64,000 nt of DNA from Candidatus Eremiobacteria bacterium (lineage in GTDB: Bacteria; Vulcanimicrobiota; Vulcanimicrobiia; Vulcanimicrobiales; Vulcanimicrobiaceae), in assembly GCA_963737065.1 (NCBI GenBank), contig CAVTRC010000001.1:1024001-1088000 (forward strand), read 5' to 3'. Below, one piece after another: positions 44,393-53,422 of the stretch. The position numbers and the translations under genes are program-made. The notes below the pieces were generated by a model. The model saw only the letters and a list, made by a program, of their open reading frames with translations. It made no database searches and was not told where the DNA came from. Position 1 is the first letter of the stretch. The number at the start of each line of letters is the position of its first letter.

Positions 44393-45096
44393 TCGCGCAA
44401 AAGCAGAATCGTTTAACAGGCAGTCCGCGCGCTTCGCGCTCCCCGCCCCCTACGGGCAAAGCCCGCAGGGCTCCCCATTGGCGCGGTCGCGCAAAAGCAG
44501 AATCGTTTACCAGGCAGTCCGCGCGCTTCGCGCTCCCCGCCCACTACGGGCAAAGCCCGCAGGGCTCCCCATTGGCGCGGTCGCGCAAAAGCAGAATCGT
44601 TTACCAGGCAGTCCGCGCGCTTCGCGCTCCCCGCCCACTACGGGCAAAGCCCGCAGGGCTCCCCATTGGCGCGGTCGCGCAAAAGCAGAATCGTTTAACA
44701 GGAAGTCCGCGCGCTTCGCGCTCCCCGCCCACTACGGGCAAAGCCCGCAGGGCTCCCCATTGGCGCGGTCGCGCAAAAGCAGAATCGTTTAACAGGAAGT
44801 CCGCGCGCTTCGCGCTCCCCGCCCACTACGGGCAAAGCCCGCAGGGCTCCCCATTGGCGCGGTCGCGCAAAAGCAGAATCGTTTAACAGGAAGTCCGCGC
44901 GCTTCGCGCTCCCCGCCCACTACGGGCAAAGCCCGCAGGGCTCTCCGTTGGCGCGGTCGCGCAAAAGCAGAATCGTTTACCAGGCAGTCCGCGCGCTTCG
45001 CGCTCCCCGCCCACTACGGGCAAAGCCCGCAGGGCTCCCCATTGGCGCGTTGGCGCAAAAGCAGAATCGTTTAACAGGCAGTCCGCGCTTCGCGCG
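44393..45096. repeat. Tandem array of 94-bp units, 7 full copies plus one partial
   Basis: Units start at 44393, 44487, 44581, 44675, 44769, 44863, 44957 and 45051; near-identical with a few substitutions; no spacers. Confidence 0.97.
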
Positions 45097-45161
45097 CCCC
45101 GTTATGGGGGAGAGCCCGCGGCGTTCCATTAGCGCCCGCAGGCCCATTAGCACTGTTTTGA

Positions 45162-45779
45162 TTACATGCTGGTTGTTTTGAATCCGTACACGGTTGCGAG
45201 ATCGTGCATCGCTTGATTGAGAACGGCGTGGTAATCGGCGTCGGCGCCAAGACCATACTTTTTGTCGATGTCGGTCATGACTTGGTCGTGGATCGGGTGC
45301 GAGACCGCGCGATCGAGCATCACTTCGACGTTGTAGCCGTTGCCCGTTTGCCCCGCGCCCCAAAGGGCTTCCGCTAAGGCTTTACCGTCTTTGGGATCGG
45401 GATTCGGGGCGGACGGAAGAGCGATGTTCTTGTCTTTGACGATGCGCAACGAATCGGCAACGACGAAATCGAACACCTTGAGGAACGTTGCGACGTTGTC
45501 ATCGCCGAACTTTTGTTTCAGTGACGCAACTTCGGCGTCGGTCTTCGGGCCGGCCAGCGTCTTCACGAGCGTTAGGGTACTAAAGTCACTCGGTCCACCG
45601 CCGGCGACGATCATTGAAAGTGTTACGGGCAGCGCAGGCGCTCCGGTATACACGCAGCATGAACCGGAAAAGCGCGTCGGCTTGTCGACGACGTTCGGCA
45701 TCAAATCCATCGCGAGCGCAACCGCTGCGCACGTGCTGATCAATACGGCGGCAATTGCAGCCGTAAACGGACGTTTCAT
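45162..45779 (-). CDS. Secreted helical hypothetical protein
   Basis: AGGAGG RBS; signal peptide; YTGAPAL, HPIHDQVM, YHAVLNQAMHD. Confidence 0.8.
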   Translation of the reverse strand: MKRPFTAAIAAVLISTCAAVALAMDLMPNVVDKPTRFSGSCCVYTGAPALPVTLSMIVAGGGPSDFSTLTLVKTLAGPKTDAEVASLKQKFGDDNVATFLKVFDFVVADSLRIVKDKNIALPSAPNPDPKDGKALAEALWGAGQTGNGYNVEVMLDRAVSHPIHDQVMTDIDKKYGLGADADYHAVLNQAMHDLATVYGFKTTSM

Positions 45780-45848
45780 CTGTGAGAAGTCCTCCTTTGC
45801 ACCCCATCAACGCACGGATCCCGCGGACGGATGTATTGAAGCGGATTT

Positions 45849-46283
45849 TCAGCGTTCGCGCAGCTGGTCGATCATTTCACGATCGCGTTCGTCGCTAGTC
45901 GGCTCGCCGGCGAGCCACGCTGCGAGAATCTCTTCGCCGACGATCGGTGTCGTGGCTCGCAACGAAAGGGCAAGAACGTTGGCGTCGTTCCAGGTTCGTG
46001 CTCCGGACGCGGTTGCGGCATCCGCACACAATGCCGCGCGAACGCCTTTCACTTTATTTGCCGCAATGCTGACGCCGGTGCCGGTCCAGCAGCAAACGAT
46101 GCCGGTTTCGCAACGGCCGCCGGCTACCGCTTCGCCGACGGCACGCCCCACCGACGGCCACGCATCGTCATCGCCGGGTGCGAGCGCACCGAAGCGCATC
46201 ACCGTGTGTCCGGCATGCTGCAATGCGCGTTCCAAAGCGGCAGGCAGTTCGCCGCGTTCATCGCTTCCGAGGGCGATTCGCAT
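45849..46283 (-). CDS. rpiB: RpiB/LacA/LacB family sugar-phosphate isomerase
   Basis: MRIALGSD, CWTGTGVSIAANKVKGVRAALC, NDANVLAL. Confidence 0.88.
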   Translation of the reverse strand: MRIALGSDERGELPAALERALQHAGHTVMRFGALAPGDDDAWPSVGRAVGEAVAGGRCETGIVCCWTGTGVSIAANKVKGVRAALCADAATASGARTWNDANVLALSLRATTPIVGEEILAAWLAGEPTSDERDREMIDQLRER

Positions 46284-46310
46284 GGCGAACGCTTCACCGC
46301 CGCATGCGGA

Positions 46311-46709
46311 TTACCCGTGGATGATCGTGATTTCGTTTGCGTTGATCGAGCCGTCGGCATTGACCGTACCGATGACGTCAACGGTTTGCCCGTTGCCGAT
46401 CGTTTCGCCACGAGGATTGATGATCGTTCCTTGATGCAGGTGAATCTGTTTATACGTTTGCAGCGGCATCGCGATCTGCAAATCGTAACGCCGGAAATAC
46501 GTTACTTGTCCGCGCACGTGATTTGGATCGGCGCCGAGCGGTGCAACGATATCGCCCGTAACTTTATTGATGATTCCTTGCACCACGTTACCGACGCCCG
46601 GCGGAATCGACGGCGCGCTGATCGGCTGCGACGGCGGCGCGGGTGACGGGGACGGTGTCGCTCCGAGCAAGAGGACGCCCGCGATAACGGCGACAACTCG
46701 AGTTTTCAT
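46311..46709 (-). CDS. Secreted hypothetical protein (Pro linker plus small beta domain)
   Basis: Signal peptide; IHLHQGTIINPRG, GSINANEI. Confidence 0.75.
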   Translation of the reverse strand: MKTRVVAVIAGVLLLGATPSPSPAPPSQPISAPSIPPGVGNVVQGIINKVTGDIVAPLGADPNHVRGQVTYFRRYDLQIAMPLQTYKQIHLHQGTIINPRGETIGNGQTVDVIGTVNADGSINANEITIIHG

Positions 46710-46757
46710 ATTGGATGAACGGCTCACGATAAGCGATAGGTTCCGCATGGAGCGCAC

Positions 46758-47414
46758 ATGCGATTAGCGGCGACGGTCATGCTCCTGCGTGATTGCTCCG
46801 AGGGGATCGAGGTGCTCATGGTCCGGCGCAGCAGCCGAAGCGCGTTTGCGCCTGATGCGTTCGTCTTTCCGGGCGGCACGGTCGATCCCGGCGACTACGC
46901 CGCCGAAGCGAACGACCGCGCAGCGATCATTGCCGGTGAATTCCGCGCGCGAACACCGGATGCATTACCGACCACCGAGGAACCGGTCGGCGGAGCTCAT
47001 CCGGCTGCGCTCGTCGCCGCCGCCGTGCGCGAGTTGCGTGAAGAGGCCGCCGTCGGCATCGAAGCCGATCGTCTCGTCCTGTTCTCGCATTGGATTACCC
47101 CGCCCACCGAGCCGCGGCGTTACAACACGCACTTTTTTATTGCCGCGGACGACGAAGGAGCCGCGGCAAGCGCGGATGCCGTCGAAACGCATGACGCGCA
47201 GTGGATCGCGCCGGCTGTTGCGCTCGCGCGCTACGCGCGCGGCGAGATGCACCTGGTCTATCCGACGATGAAACATCTCGAACGGCTTGCAACGTTTCGC
47301 TGCGTTGCCGACGCGCTCGAGTATGCGCGGACGAAACCGATTTTGACGATCATGCCCGATCGCGCGCCCTCCGAAGGATTCGTCATGCCGGCCGAATTGG
47401 AAGGGGCGTGGTGA
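46758..47414 (+). CDS. NUDIX hydrolase (NUDT19-like)
   Basis: AATVMLLRD, FVFPGG, AVRELREEA, HWITP..RRYNTHFF. Confidence 0.9.
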   Translation: MRLAATVMLLRDCSEGIEVLMVRRSSRSAFAPDAFVFPGGTVDPGDYAAEANDRAAIIAGEFRARTPDALPTTEEPVGGAHPAALVAAAVRELREEAAVGIEADRLVLFSHWITPPTEPRRYNTHFFIAADDEGAAASADAVETHDAQWIAPAVALARYARGEMHLVYPTMKHLERLATFRCVADALEYARTKPILTIMPDRAPSEGFVMPAELEGAW

Positions 47415-48328
47415 GCTGCATCGCGCTCGTCCGCGCACCAAACCCGTCGGCAATGACGCTGACCGGAACGAACTCGTACGTCATCGATGCCGGCGGCGGC
47501 GAAGCGCTCGTCATCGATCCGGGTCCGCTCCTTGAACGGCACGTCGATGCGCTGATCGACAACGCGCGCTCGCGCGGCTTGACGATCGCCGGGATTGCTC
47601 TCACGCACGGACATCCCGATCACGCGCCCGCGGCAGCGCTCCTCGCTCAACGTACGGCCGCAGGTGTTTACGCGCATCCGCATTCCGACGTTCAGCGCGA
47701 CGGTGACCTGCCGCTCGATGCCGATTGGCGCATCGGCGCACTGACGTTGCGCGTCATCGATGCGCCGGGACATACCTTCGAACATGTCGTCTTCTACGAG
47801 CCGCAAGAACGCGCGCTCTTTACCGGCGACGTGATTCTCGGTGAAGGCACCGTCGTTATCGCGCCGCCGGGCGGTGCAATGCGTCCGTACATGAAGACGC
47901 TCGCGCGACTGCGCGACGAGTTTTCGAACGCACGGCGCATTTACGGTGGGCACGGCCCGATCGTCGAGCGAGCGCGCGAAAAGATCGATGAATATATCGC
48001 GCACCGCGACATGCGGCAGAACGAGTTACTCGAGGCGCTGCGTGAAGGTCCGCAAACGATTCCCGAACTCGTGCAACGGATCTACGGTGATACGCGGCGC
48101 ATCCTGTGGCCGGCTGCCGCACGACAAATGCTCGCGTACTTGATACCGCTGACGGAAGAAGGCGTCGTTCACGCCGTGCGCCTCGATCGCCCGCTCGCAG
48201 CGGACGAAATGGCGATCCTCAATCCAGCGTGGGAATCGATCGTCGGCGCCGAACACGCCCCGGTCATCGAAGCGGAACTCGGCGCCATGCTGAGACTCGA
48301 TACAATTTACGAATACAGCTTGCGCTAG
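47411..48328 (+). CDS. MBL-fold metallo-hydrolase (LACTB2-like)
   Basis: APNPSAMTLTGTNSY, THGHPDH, PGHT, FTGD, GGHG; C-terminal winged helix. Confidence 0.9.
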   Translation: MSCIALVRAPNPSAMTLTGTNSYVIDAGGGEALVIDPGPLLERHVDALIDNARSRGLTIAGIALTHGHPDHAPAAALLAQRTAAGVYAHPHSDVQRDGDLPLDADWRIGALTLRVIDAPGHTFEHVVFYEPQERALFTGDVILGEGTVVIAPPGGAMRPYMKTLARLRDEFSNARRIYGGHGPIVERAREKIDEYIAHRDMRQNELLEALREGPQTIPELVQRIYGDTRRILWPAAARQMLAYLIPLTEEGVVHAVRLDRPLAADEMAILNPAWESIVGAEHAPVIEAELGAMLRLDTIYEYSLR

Positions 48329-48329
48329 A

Positions 48330-49298
48330 CTAATCGATGCGCAGGACGATCTTTCCGAATTGCTCGGCGTTTGCCATGCGTTCGGCGGCGGCCGCCGCAT
48401 CGTTCATTTCCTCGACCCGATCGATCGCCGGACGCACGTCCGCTTCAAACATCCTCAGCATCGCGGCGAAATCGGCCGGACTCCCCATTGACGTTCCGCG
48501 GATGTCGATGTGATTCCAGAACACCGGAAAGAGACGCAGCGTCGCTTCCGGTCGCGTTCCGCCGTAGATCACGAGCCGGCCGCCGGGACGCAGCACCGAC
48601 ATTGCTTTCGAAAGCGTATCGCCGCCCGAGGAGTCGACGACGATGTCGACCTCACCGCGTTTGAGGCTCTTCTGCCACTCGGGCGTTTCGCGATAATTGA
48701 TCGCAAGGTCGGCGCCGAGCGCCTTCGCGCGTTGCAGTTTGTCGTTGTCGCCCGACGTAACGATCGTGCGCGCACCGGCGGCTTTCGCGAAAACGAGGAC
48801 AAACGTTTGTACGCCGCCGCCGACCCCTGGAATGAGGATCGTTTCGCCGGCTTTCAATCCGCCGCGCGTGAACGTCGCCCGATACGCGGTGAGTCCCGCA
48901 AGCGGTATTGCCGCAGCCTCTTCCATCGATAATGCGCGCGGCTTCGGATACACGTTCGCTTTAGGGACGCTGACGTATTGCGCGAACGTGCCGTCACGCG
49001 GCATGCCGAGGATCGAGGCGTCGGCTCGCCACACGTTCGGATCGCCGCCCCATCCGATCATCGGGTCGATGACGACCTCTTCACCCGTCGCTTCGAGGAT
49101 ACCGGCACCGTCCGAGCCCAGCGTGCGCGGCAGTTCGATGTTCGGATAGAGCCCTTGCGTGATGAAGACGTCGCGCCGATTCAACGCCGCCGCACGCACA
49201 CGCACGAGCACTTCATCTTCGCGCGGTACGGGACGTTCGATCTCTTCGATGCGCAGATTCTGCGGACCGCCGATTTGCTGCAGCCGAATCGCTTTCAT
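48330..49298 (-). CDS. MDR-family NAD(P)H:quinone oxidoreductase / zinc-binding dehydrogenase
   Basis: AAALNRRD, GSDGAG, AAAIPLAGLTAYRA, GTSMGS, QFGKIVL. Confidence 0.9.
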   Translation of the reverse strand: MKAIRLQQIGGPQNLRIEEIERPVPREDEVLVRVRAAALNRRDVFITQGLYPNIELPRTLGSDGAGILEATGEEVVIDPMIGWGGDPNVWRADASILGMPRDGTFAQYVSVPKANVYPKPRALSMEEAAAIPLAGLTAYRATFTRGGLKAGETILIPGVGGGVQTFVLVFAKAAGARTIVTSGDNDKLQRAKALGADLAINYRETPEWQKSLKRGEVDIVVDSSGGDTLSKAMSVLRPGGRLVIYGGTRPEATLRLFPVFWNHIDIRGTSMGSPADFAAMLRMFEADVRPAIDRVEEMNDAAAAAERMANAEQFGKIVLRID

Positions 49299-49317
49299 CC
49301 GCCCATTGTAACCGAAA

Positions 49318-51630
49318 CTACGTTTTGAGCGTTACGATGAAACGCAAGCCGAACGGTTCGATGTTGTATCGGTCCGTCGGCAGCGGTACTCCGCCCAAAC
49401 CCAAGTACGGAACGCCGCCGCCGAATCTCGTGTAGCGCCCCGCGGCGTCGCTGAAGATGTTCGTTGCGCGCAAACTGACGTCGGTGAATTTATTGAGTCC
49501 TACACCCACCGTCGCATTGATTACCGTAAACGGCTGCTGATTCAGTTCGTTGTTGTTGCCGCGGAAGATCGCTTGCGTTCCGGCATGCCAGCCGTTTTGC
49601 GCCCAATCGATTTCCAGCGATCCTTGCTGCTGCGCAATCCCGGGAAACTGCGTGTTGTCGACGAGATTTGCGGCGGACGTCGGATTTGAAAAGTCCGCCG
49701 TGAGATCTTTCGGATACGCGACGTTCAGGCCGTACATCGCGGTCAAAAACAGATGCTGTGGAACGAAGCGCTGCACGAACCGGATTTCCGCACCTTGGTA
49801 CACGGCGTTCCCGACGTTGCTGTTGTACGAGATGCAGCCCGGTACCGGCGCGGAAGGCGTTTGCGACGCACATGCTCCGGACTGCGCAAGTTGGAGGGGA
49901 TAATAAATCTCGATCGGGTTGCGGAGATTCGTCTGGTAGAGCGATACGTCGAGCGTCGCCGATGGGAACTGATGCGAGACGCCCAGTTCGTATTCCGTCG
50001 CGCGCTCCGGCACTTCGTTTGGACTGCCTTGGCCGACGAAAACGCCGAGCGCGTCTTGCGCGAGTTGATCGAGCGGGAATTGGTAGCGTTCGATCAGGAG
50101 CGGCGCGCGGAATCCCGTCCCTAGCGAGAAACGGAACGCCGTAGACGGCGCGGAGTTGTAGATCAAGCCCAGCCGCGCGTCAAGGTTTGAACCGAACGTC
50201 GTGTATCGCGATTCGAAAAGCCCCGCGTCAACGCGGAGTTTCGGCGACGCCTGCAATCCACCGCGCGCGAAGAACACGTTCATCGTTTGTCCGAGCAGCG
50301 GCGCCGATCCGTCCGGCGCGACGAACGCGAGCGACTCGTAACGCGTATATCCGCCGATCGCGTACTCCGATGTACCGAACGCGCGAGTCCAGTTCAGTCC
50401 AAAATTGTAGCGCTTGTCGACGTGATCGACATCGTAAGCCGGATCGCTCGGCGGCCCGAACAACGCGATGTTGTTATTGCTCGCATACACATCGGTCGCA
50501 AGTTCGCCCGCGCCGAGCGGCGCCTGCGCGCGGACCTGATATGCGCGCACCGTTTGCGCGTACGATTGGCTTCCCGGTCCGATGAAGTAACCGTAGGTCG
50601 GGCTTGCGGAGTTCCCGTCGATCCCGTTGACGCCGCTGCTTTGGTCGTTGTTGTCGCCGAGCACGAAGACGCGTGCGGCGATATTGGCGCGCGGCGAGAA
50701 GTTCCAGGTCAGGTTTGCGAGCGCCGTATGCGCCGCGCTGCTCGATCCCAGAAATGCCGTCGTGCCGCAATTCTGCGGACATCCCGGCGTGACGCCGGCG
50801 GTGTAGAGCGTTTGCGATTGGTTGGCGTAGCCGGTTTGATTCTGATCGTCAAGCGCGAACGCATAGCCGAGTTTGCCGTGCGTTCCCGTACCGTTCAACC
50901 ATTGCTCGCTCTCGCCGAACGAGCCGACCGACTCTTGAAACGAAAAATGCGGTTGGAGCGTCGGACGCAACGACACCATATTGATCGAACCGCCAAAGGT
51001 GTTGCTGCCATTGGCATCTTCCGGTCCGAGGCCTTCGGTGACGTTGACGGACGAAAGCGCGGCAACGGGGAAATGCGCGAAGTTCAAGTCGCCGGTATTG
51101 CCGTCATTAAGCAGTTGTCCGTCAAGTGCATCGAGTGACTCCGAAGGGTCAGGGCCTCGAAGCGCGACGACCGCGATGGCGGCAGCGGAGCCGCCGTCGG
51201 GCCGCGCAAACACGGTCCCGGGAATCGCCGCAAGCGCTTGAACGATGCGGCTGTCGTTCATCCGGTCCATATCGGCGCGCGTAACGGTGACTGCAGGAAT
51301 CGCGCCGCGCACCGGCGTCAGCCGGCCGTCAACGGTCACTGAAGCAATCGTTCGCAGTGTCGGCGCATCGACGGGTTCGAGCGTTACGTCCACGGTTGTG
51401 TCCTGCCGGATCGCGAGATCGACCGACGCTCCGACGTATCCCTTTGCGGAAATATCCAGCTGGTGGCTTCCGGGAGAGACGACTAACGAAAACGTTCCGT
51501 CCGCGGCTGAAACACTCGAGCTACCGGAGGAGCGTTCGACGGCAATGCGAGCGTCTGCAACGGGTGTCCCGGATGCCGCGTGCACGTGTCCGCTAATGAC
51601 GCAGCAGACGGCGAGTAACAAGAAGCTCAT
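49318..51630 (-). CDS. TonB-dependent receptor with N-terminal carboxypeptidase-regulatory-like domain
   Basis: Plug motifs (ALRG, LDGQ, GGSINM); GTGFRAP; PERATEYELG; amphipathic beta strands. Confidence 0.88.
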   Translation of the reverse strand: MSFLLLAVCCVISGHVHAASGTPVADARIAVERSSGSSSVSAADGTFSLVVSPGSHQLDISAKGYVGASVDLAIRQDTTVDVTLEPVDAPTLRTIASVTVDGRLTPVRGAIPAVTVTRADMDRMNDSRIVQALAAIPGTVFARPDGGSAAAIAVVALRGPDPSESLDALDGQLLNDGNTGDLNFAHFPVAALSSVNVTEGLGPEDANGSNTFGGSINMVSLRPTLQPHFSFQESVGSFGESEQWLNGTGTHGKLGYAFALDDQNQTGYANQSQTLYTAGVTPGCPQNCGTTAFLGSSSAAHTALANLTWNFSPRANIAARVFVLGDNNDQSSGVNGIDGNSASPTYGYFIGPGSQSYAQTVRAYQVRAQAPLGAGELATDVYASNNNIALFGPPSDPAYDVDHVDKRYNFGLNWTRAFGTSEYAIGGYTRYESLAFVAPDGSAPLLGQTMNVFFARGGLQASPKLRVDAGLFESRYTTFGSNLDARLGLIYNSAPSTAFRFSLGTGFRAPLLIERYQFPLDQLAQDALGVFVGQGSPNEVPERATEYELGVSHQFPSATLDVSLYQTNLRNPIEIYYPLQLAQSGACASQTPSAPVPGCISYNSNVGNAVYQGAEIRFVQRFVPQHLFLTAMYGLNVAYPKDLTADFSNPTSAANLVDNTQFPGIAQQQGSLEIDWAQNGWHAGTQAIFRGNNNELNQQPFTVINATVGVGLNKFTDVSLRATNIFSDAAGRYTRFGGGVPYLGLGGVPLPTDRYNIEPFGLRFIVTLKT

Positions 51631-51709
51631 TGCGTCAACTTTTCTGGCGCAAACTTAAGGATCGCTGAGAACCGCAGGCGGTCTGACGTCATGCGCTAAA
51701 TCACGCGGG

Positions 51710-51964
51710 ATGGCTAAGCCAGGCAAAGTGGTCAAGGCGGTGTTCCGCGGCATCGCGCGGATGGAAGGGCAATATGCGATCGACGTCGGCCCGATCCGCG
51801 CAACCGGGATGCCCGCGATTTTCGTCGCGATTACGGGTGTCGTTCTGGCCGGCGGATTCGCTGCGATGCTCTCCAAGAACGCGGCGCGGCTTCCCGAAAC
51901 CTTGCGCGAGGCGCGCGGGTTGGCGGAGACGTTGCGCGGCGACCGGCGACGGCTCAACGCGTAG
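51710..51964 (+). CDS. Small membrane protein
   Basis: One hydrophobic segment; first gene before bolA. Confidence 0.6.
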   Translation: MAKPGKVVKAVFRGIARMEGQYAIDVGPIRATGMPAIFVAITGVVLAGGFAAMLSKNAARLPETLREARGLAETLRGDRRRLNA

Positions 51965-51975
51965 AATATTGCTGT

Positions 51976-52212
51976 ATGATCGATAACGACTCGCTCACGG
52001 CGCTGATCCGCCGCAACCTGCCCGACGCCGACGTCGACATTTTCGACCGCACGGGTACGATGGATCACTTCAATATCACGGTTCGGTCGTCGGCGTTTGC
52101 GGGCAAAACGCTCATCGAACAGCATCAGTTGGTTTACGGCGCGCTCAAGGGAGCGCTTAACGACGGACGCGTCCACGCGGTCGAACTCACAACTCTCGTC
52201 AGCGCGAGTTAG
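51976..52212 (+). CDS. BolA/IbaG family protein
   Basis: DHFNITVRSSAFAGKTLIEQHQLVY, VHAVEL. Confidence 0.93.
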   Translation: MIDNDSLTALIRRNLPDADVDIFDRTGTMDHFNITVRSSAFAGKTLIEQHQLVYGALKGALNDGRVHAVELTTLVSAS

Positions 52213-52221
52213 GAACAATCC

Positions 52222-52578
52222 ATGTCGGAACAACTCAAAGAAGAAATCGAGCGAGAAGTCGCAGCTAATAAAATCCTCGTGTACGGCAAAGGCACCAAAG
52301 CTATGCCGCGCTGTGGATTCACGCTCGAGACGGTCGAATTTTTTACGCACTTCGGCTATCCGTTCGAAGTGGTCGACGTACTCGAAAACATGCCCAAGCG
52401 CGAAGCGCTCTCCGAAATGACGAACTGGCCGACGTTGCCGAAGGTCTTCATCAACGGCAAATTCTACGGCGATACCGACATTCTCGGTCCGATGGCGGAA
52501 AACGGCGAGTTGCAAACGGTGTTGACGGAGACGTTCGGCAGCGAACCACAGCAGAAGACGACGATCAATCTTCGCTGA
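52222..52578 (+). CDS. Monothiol glutaredoxin (Grx4/GrxD-like, CGFT)
   Basis: KGT..PRCGFT, NWPTLP, FING, GEL. Confidence 0.92.
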   Translation: MSEQLKEEIEREVAANKILVYGKGTKAMPRCGFTLETVEFFTHFGYPFEVVDVLENMPKREALSEMTNWPTLPKVFINGKFYGDTDILGPMAENGELQTVLTETFGSEPQQKTTINLR

Positions 52579-52579
52579 C

Positions 52580-53422
52580 GTGGCGTATACGACGCTGATC
52601 GAGGCGGAAACGCTCCGCGATCGCCTCGACGATCCGTCGTGGGTGATCGTCGATTGCCGGCACGCACTCGCCGATTTCTCGCTCGGGCGCAAACTCTACG
52701 AAGACTCGCATATTCCCGGCGCGTTCTTCGCGAATGTCGAAACCGACCTCGCCGGAGAGCAGACGGGAAACAACGGGCGTCATCCGCTCCCCGACCCGCA
52801 AGCGTTTGCGGCGTATCTCGAAGCGATCGGCGTGCACGATAAGACGCAGATCGTCAGCTATGACGGTGGCGGCGATATGTTCGCGGCGCGTTTGTGGTTG
52901 CTATGCCGTTGGATCGGCCACGATGCCGTCGCGGTGCTGGACGGCGGCTTTGCCGCCTGGACCGCGGCCGGATACGACGTTACTGCTGCGCCGTCCGCAG
53001 CACGCGGAGTCGGCAACGTGCGCGTGAAGCTCAACGACCGGCTCGTTGTCGACGCTGCGTACGTGCGCGATCATCTGAGCCATACGGGCATGCAGCTCGT
53101 CGACGCGCGGGGCGCCGATCGTTTCCGCGGAGAAAACGAGACAATCGACCCCGTTGCGGGCCACATTCCCGGCGCGCGAAACCGGCCGTTCCGAGAGAAT
53201 TTCGCGCCCGACGCACGATTCCGATCGTCCGACGAACTGCGCCGCGCGTTCGCCGTATTCGGCGAACCGGCGAACATCGTGCATCAATGCGGCTCGGGCG
53301 TCTCTGCGGCAGCAAACTTACTCGCAATGGAAATCGCGGGCCTCCAAGGGTCGCGGGTGTACGCGGGCTCGTGGAGCGAATGGGTCGCCGATCCGTCGCG
53401 GCCCGTTACGACGACCGAGTAG
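52580..53422 (+). CDS. Tandem-domain rhodanese / 3-mercaptopyruvate sulfurtransferase (SseA-like)
   Basis: HIPGA, GRHPLP, LDGG, CGSGVSA, YAGSWSEW. Confidence 0.93.
   Translation: MAYTTLIEAETLRDRLDDPSWVIVDCRHALADFSLGRKLYEDSHIPGAFFANVETDLAGEQTGNNGRHPLPDPQAFAAYLEAIGVHDKTQIVSYDGGGDMFAARLWLLCRWIGHDAVAVLDGGFAAWTAAGYDVTAAPSAARGVGNVRVKLNDRLVVDAAYVRDHLSHTGMQLVDARGADRFRGENETIDPVAGHIPGARNRPFRENFAPDARFRSSDELRRAFAVFGEPANIVHQCGSGVSAAANLLAMEIAGLQGSRVYAGSWSEWVADPSRPVTTTE

Noticed and set aside
44393..45096. CRISPR array
   Set aside because: Units are near-identical over all 94 bp with no unique spacers, and there are no cas genes in the window.
44346..45096. Type III toxin-antitoxin (repeat array, terminator, toxin)
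   Set aside because: No ToxN/CptN/TenpN-like ORF follows the terminator, and the unit is longer than known antitoxin repeats.
44302..45181. ORFs 44302..44886, 44370..44792 and 44948..45181 as proteins
   Set aside because: They are translations of a repeat whose period is not a multiple of 3, cycling through all frames, and the first two run through the terminator region.
46758..48328. NUDIX plus MBL pair as a novel system
   Set aside because: Linkage or fusion of NUDT19-like and LACTB2-like genes is already common in bacteria.
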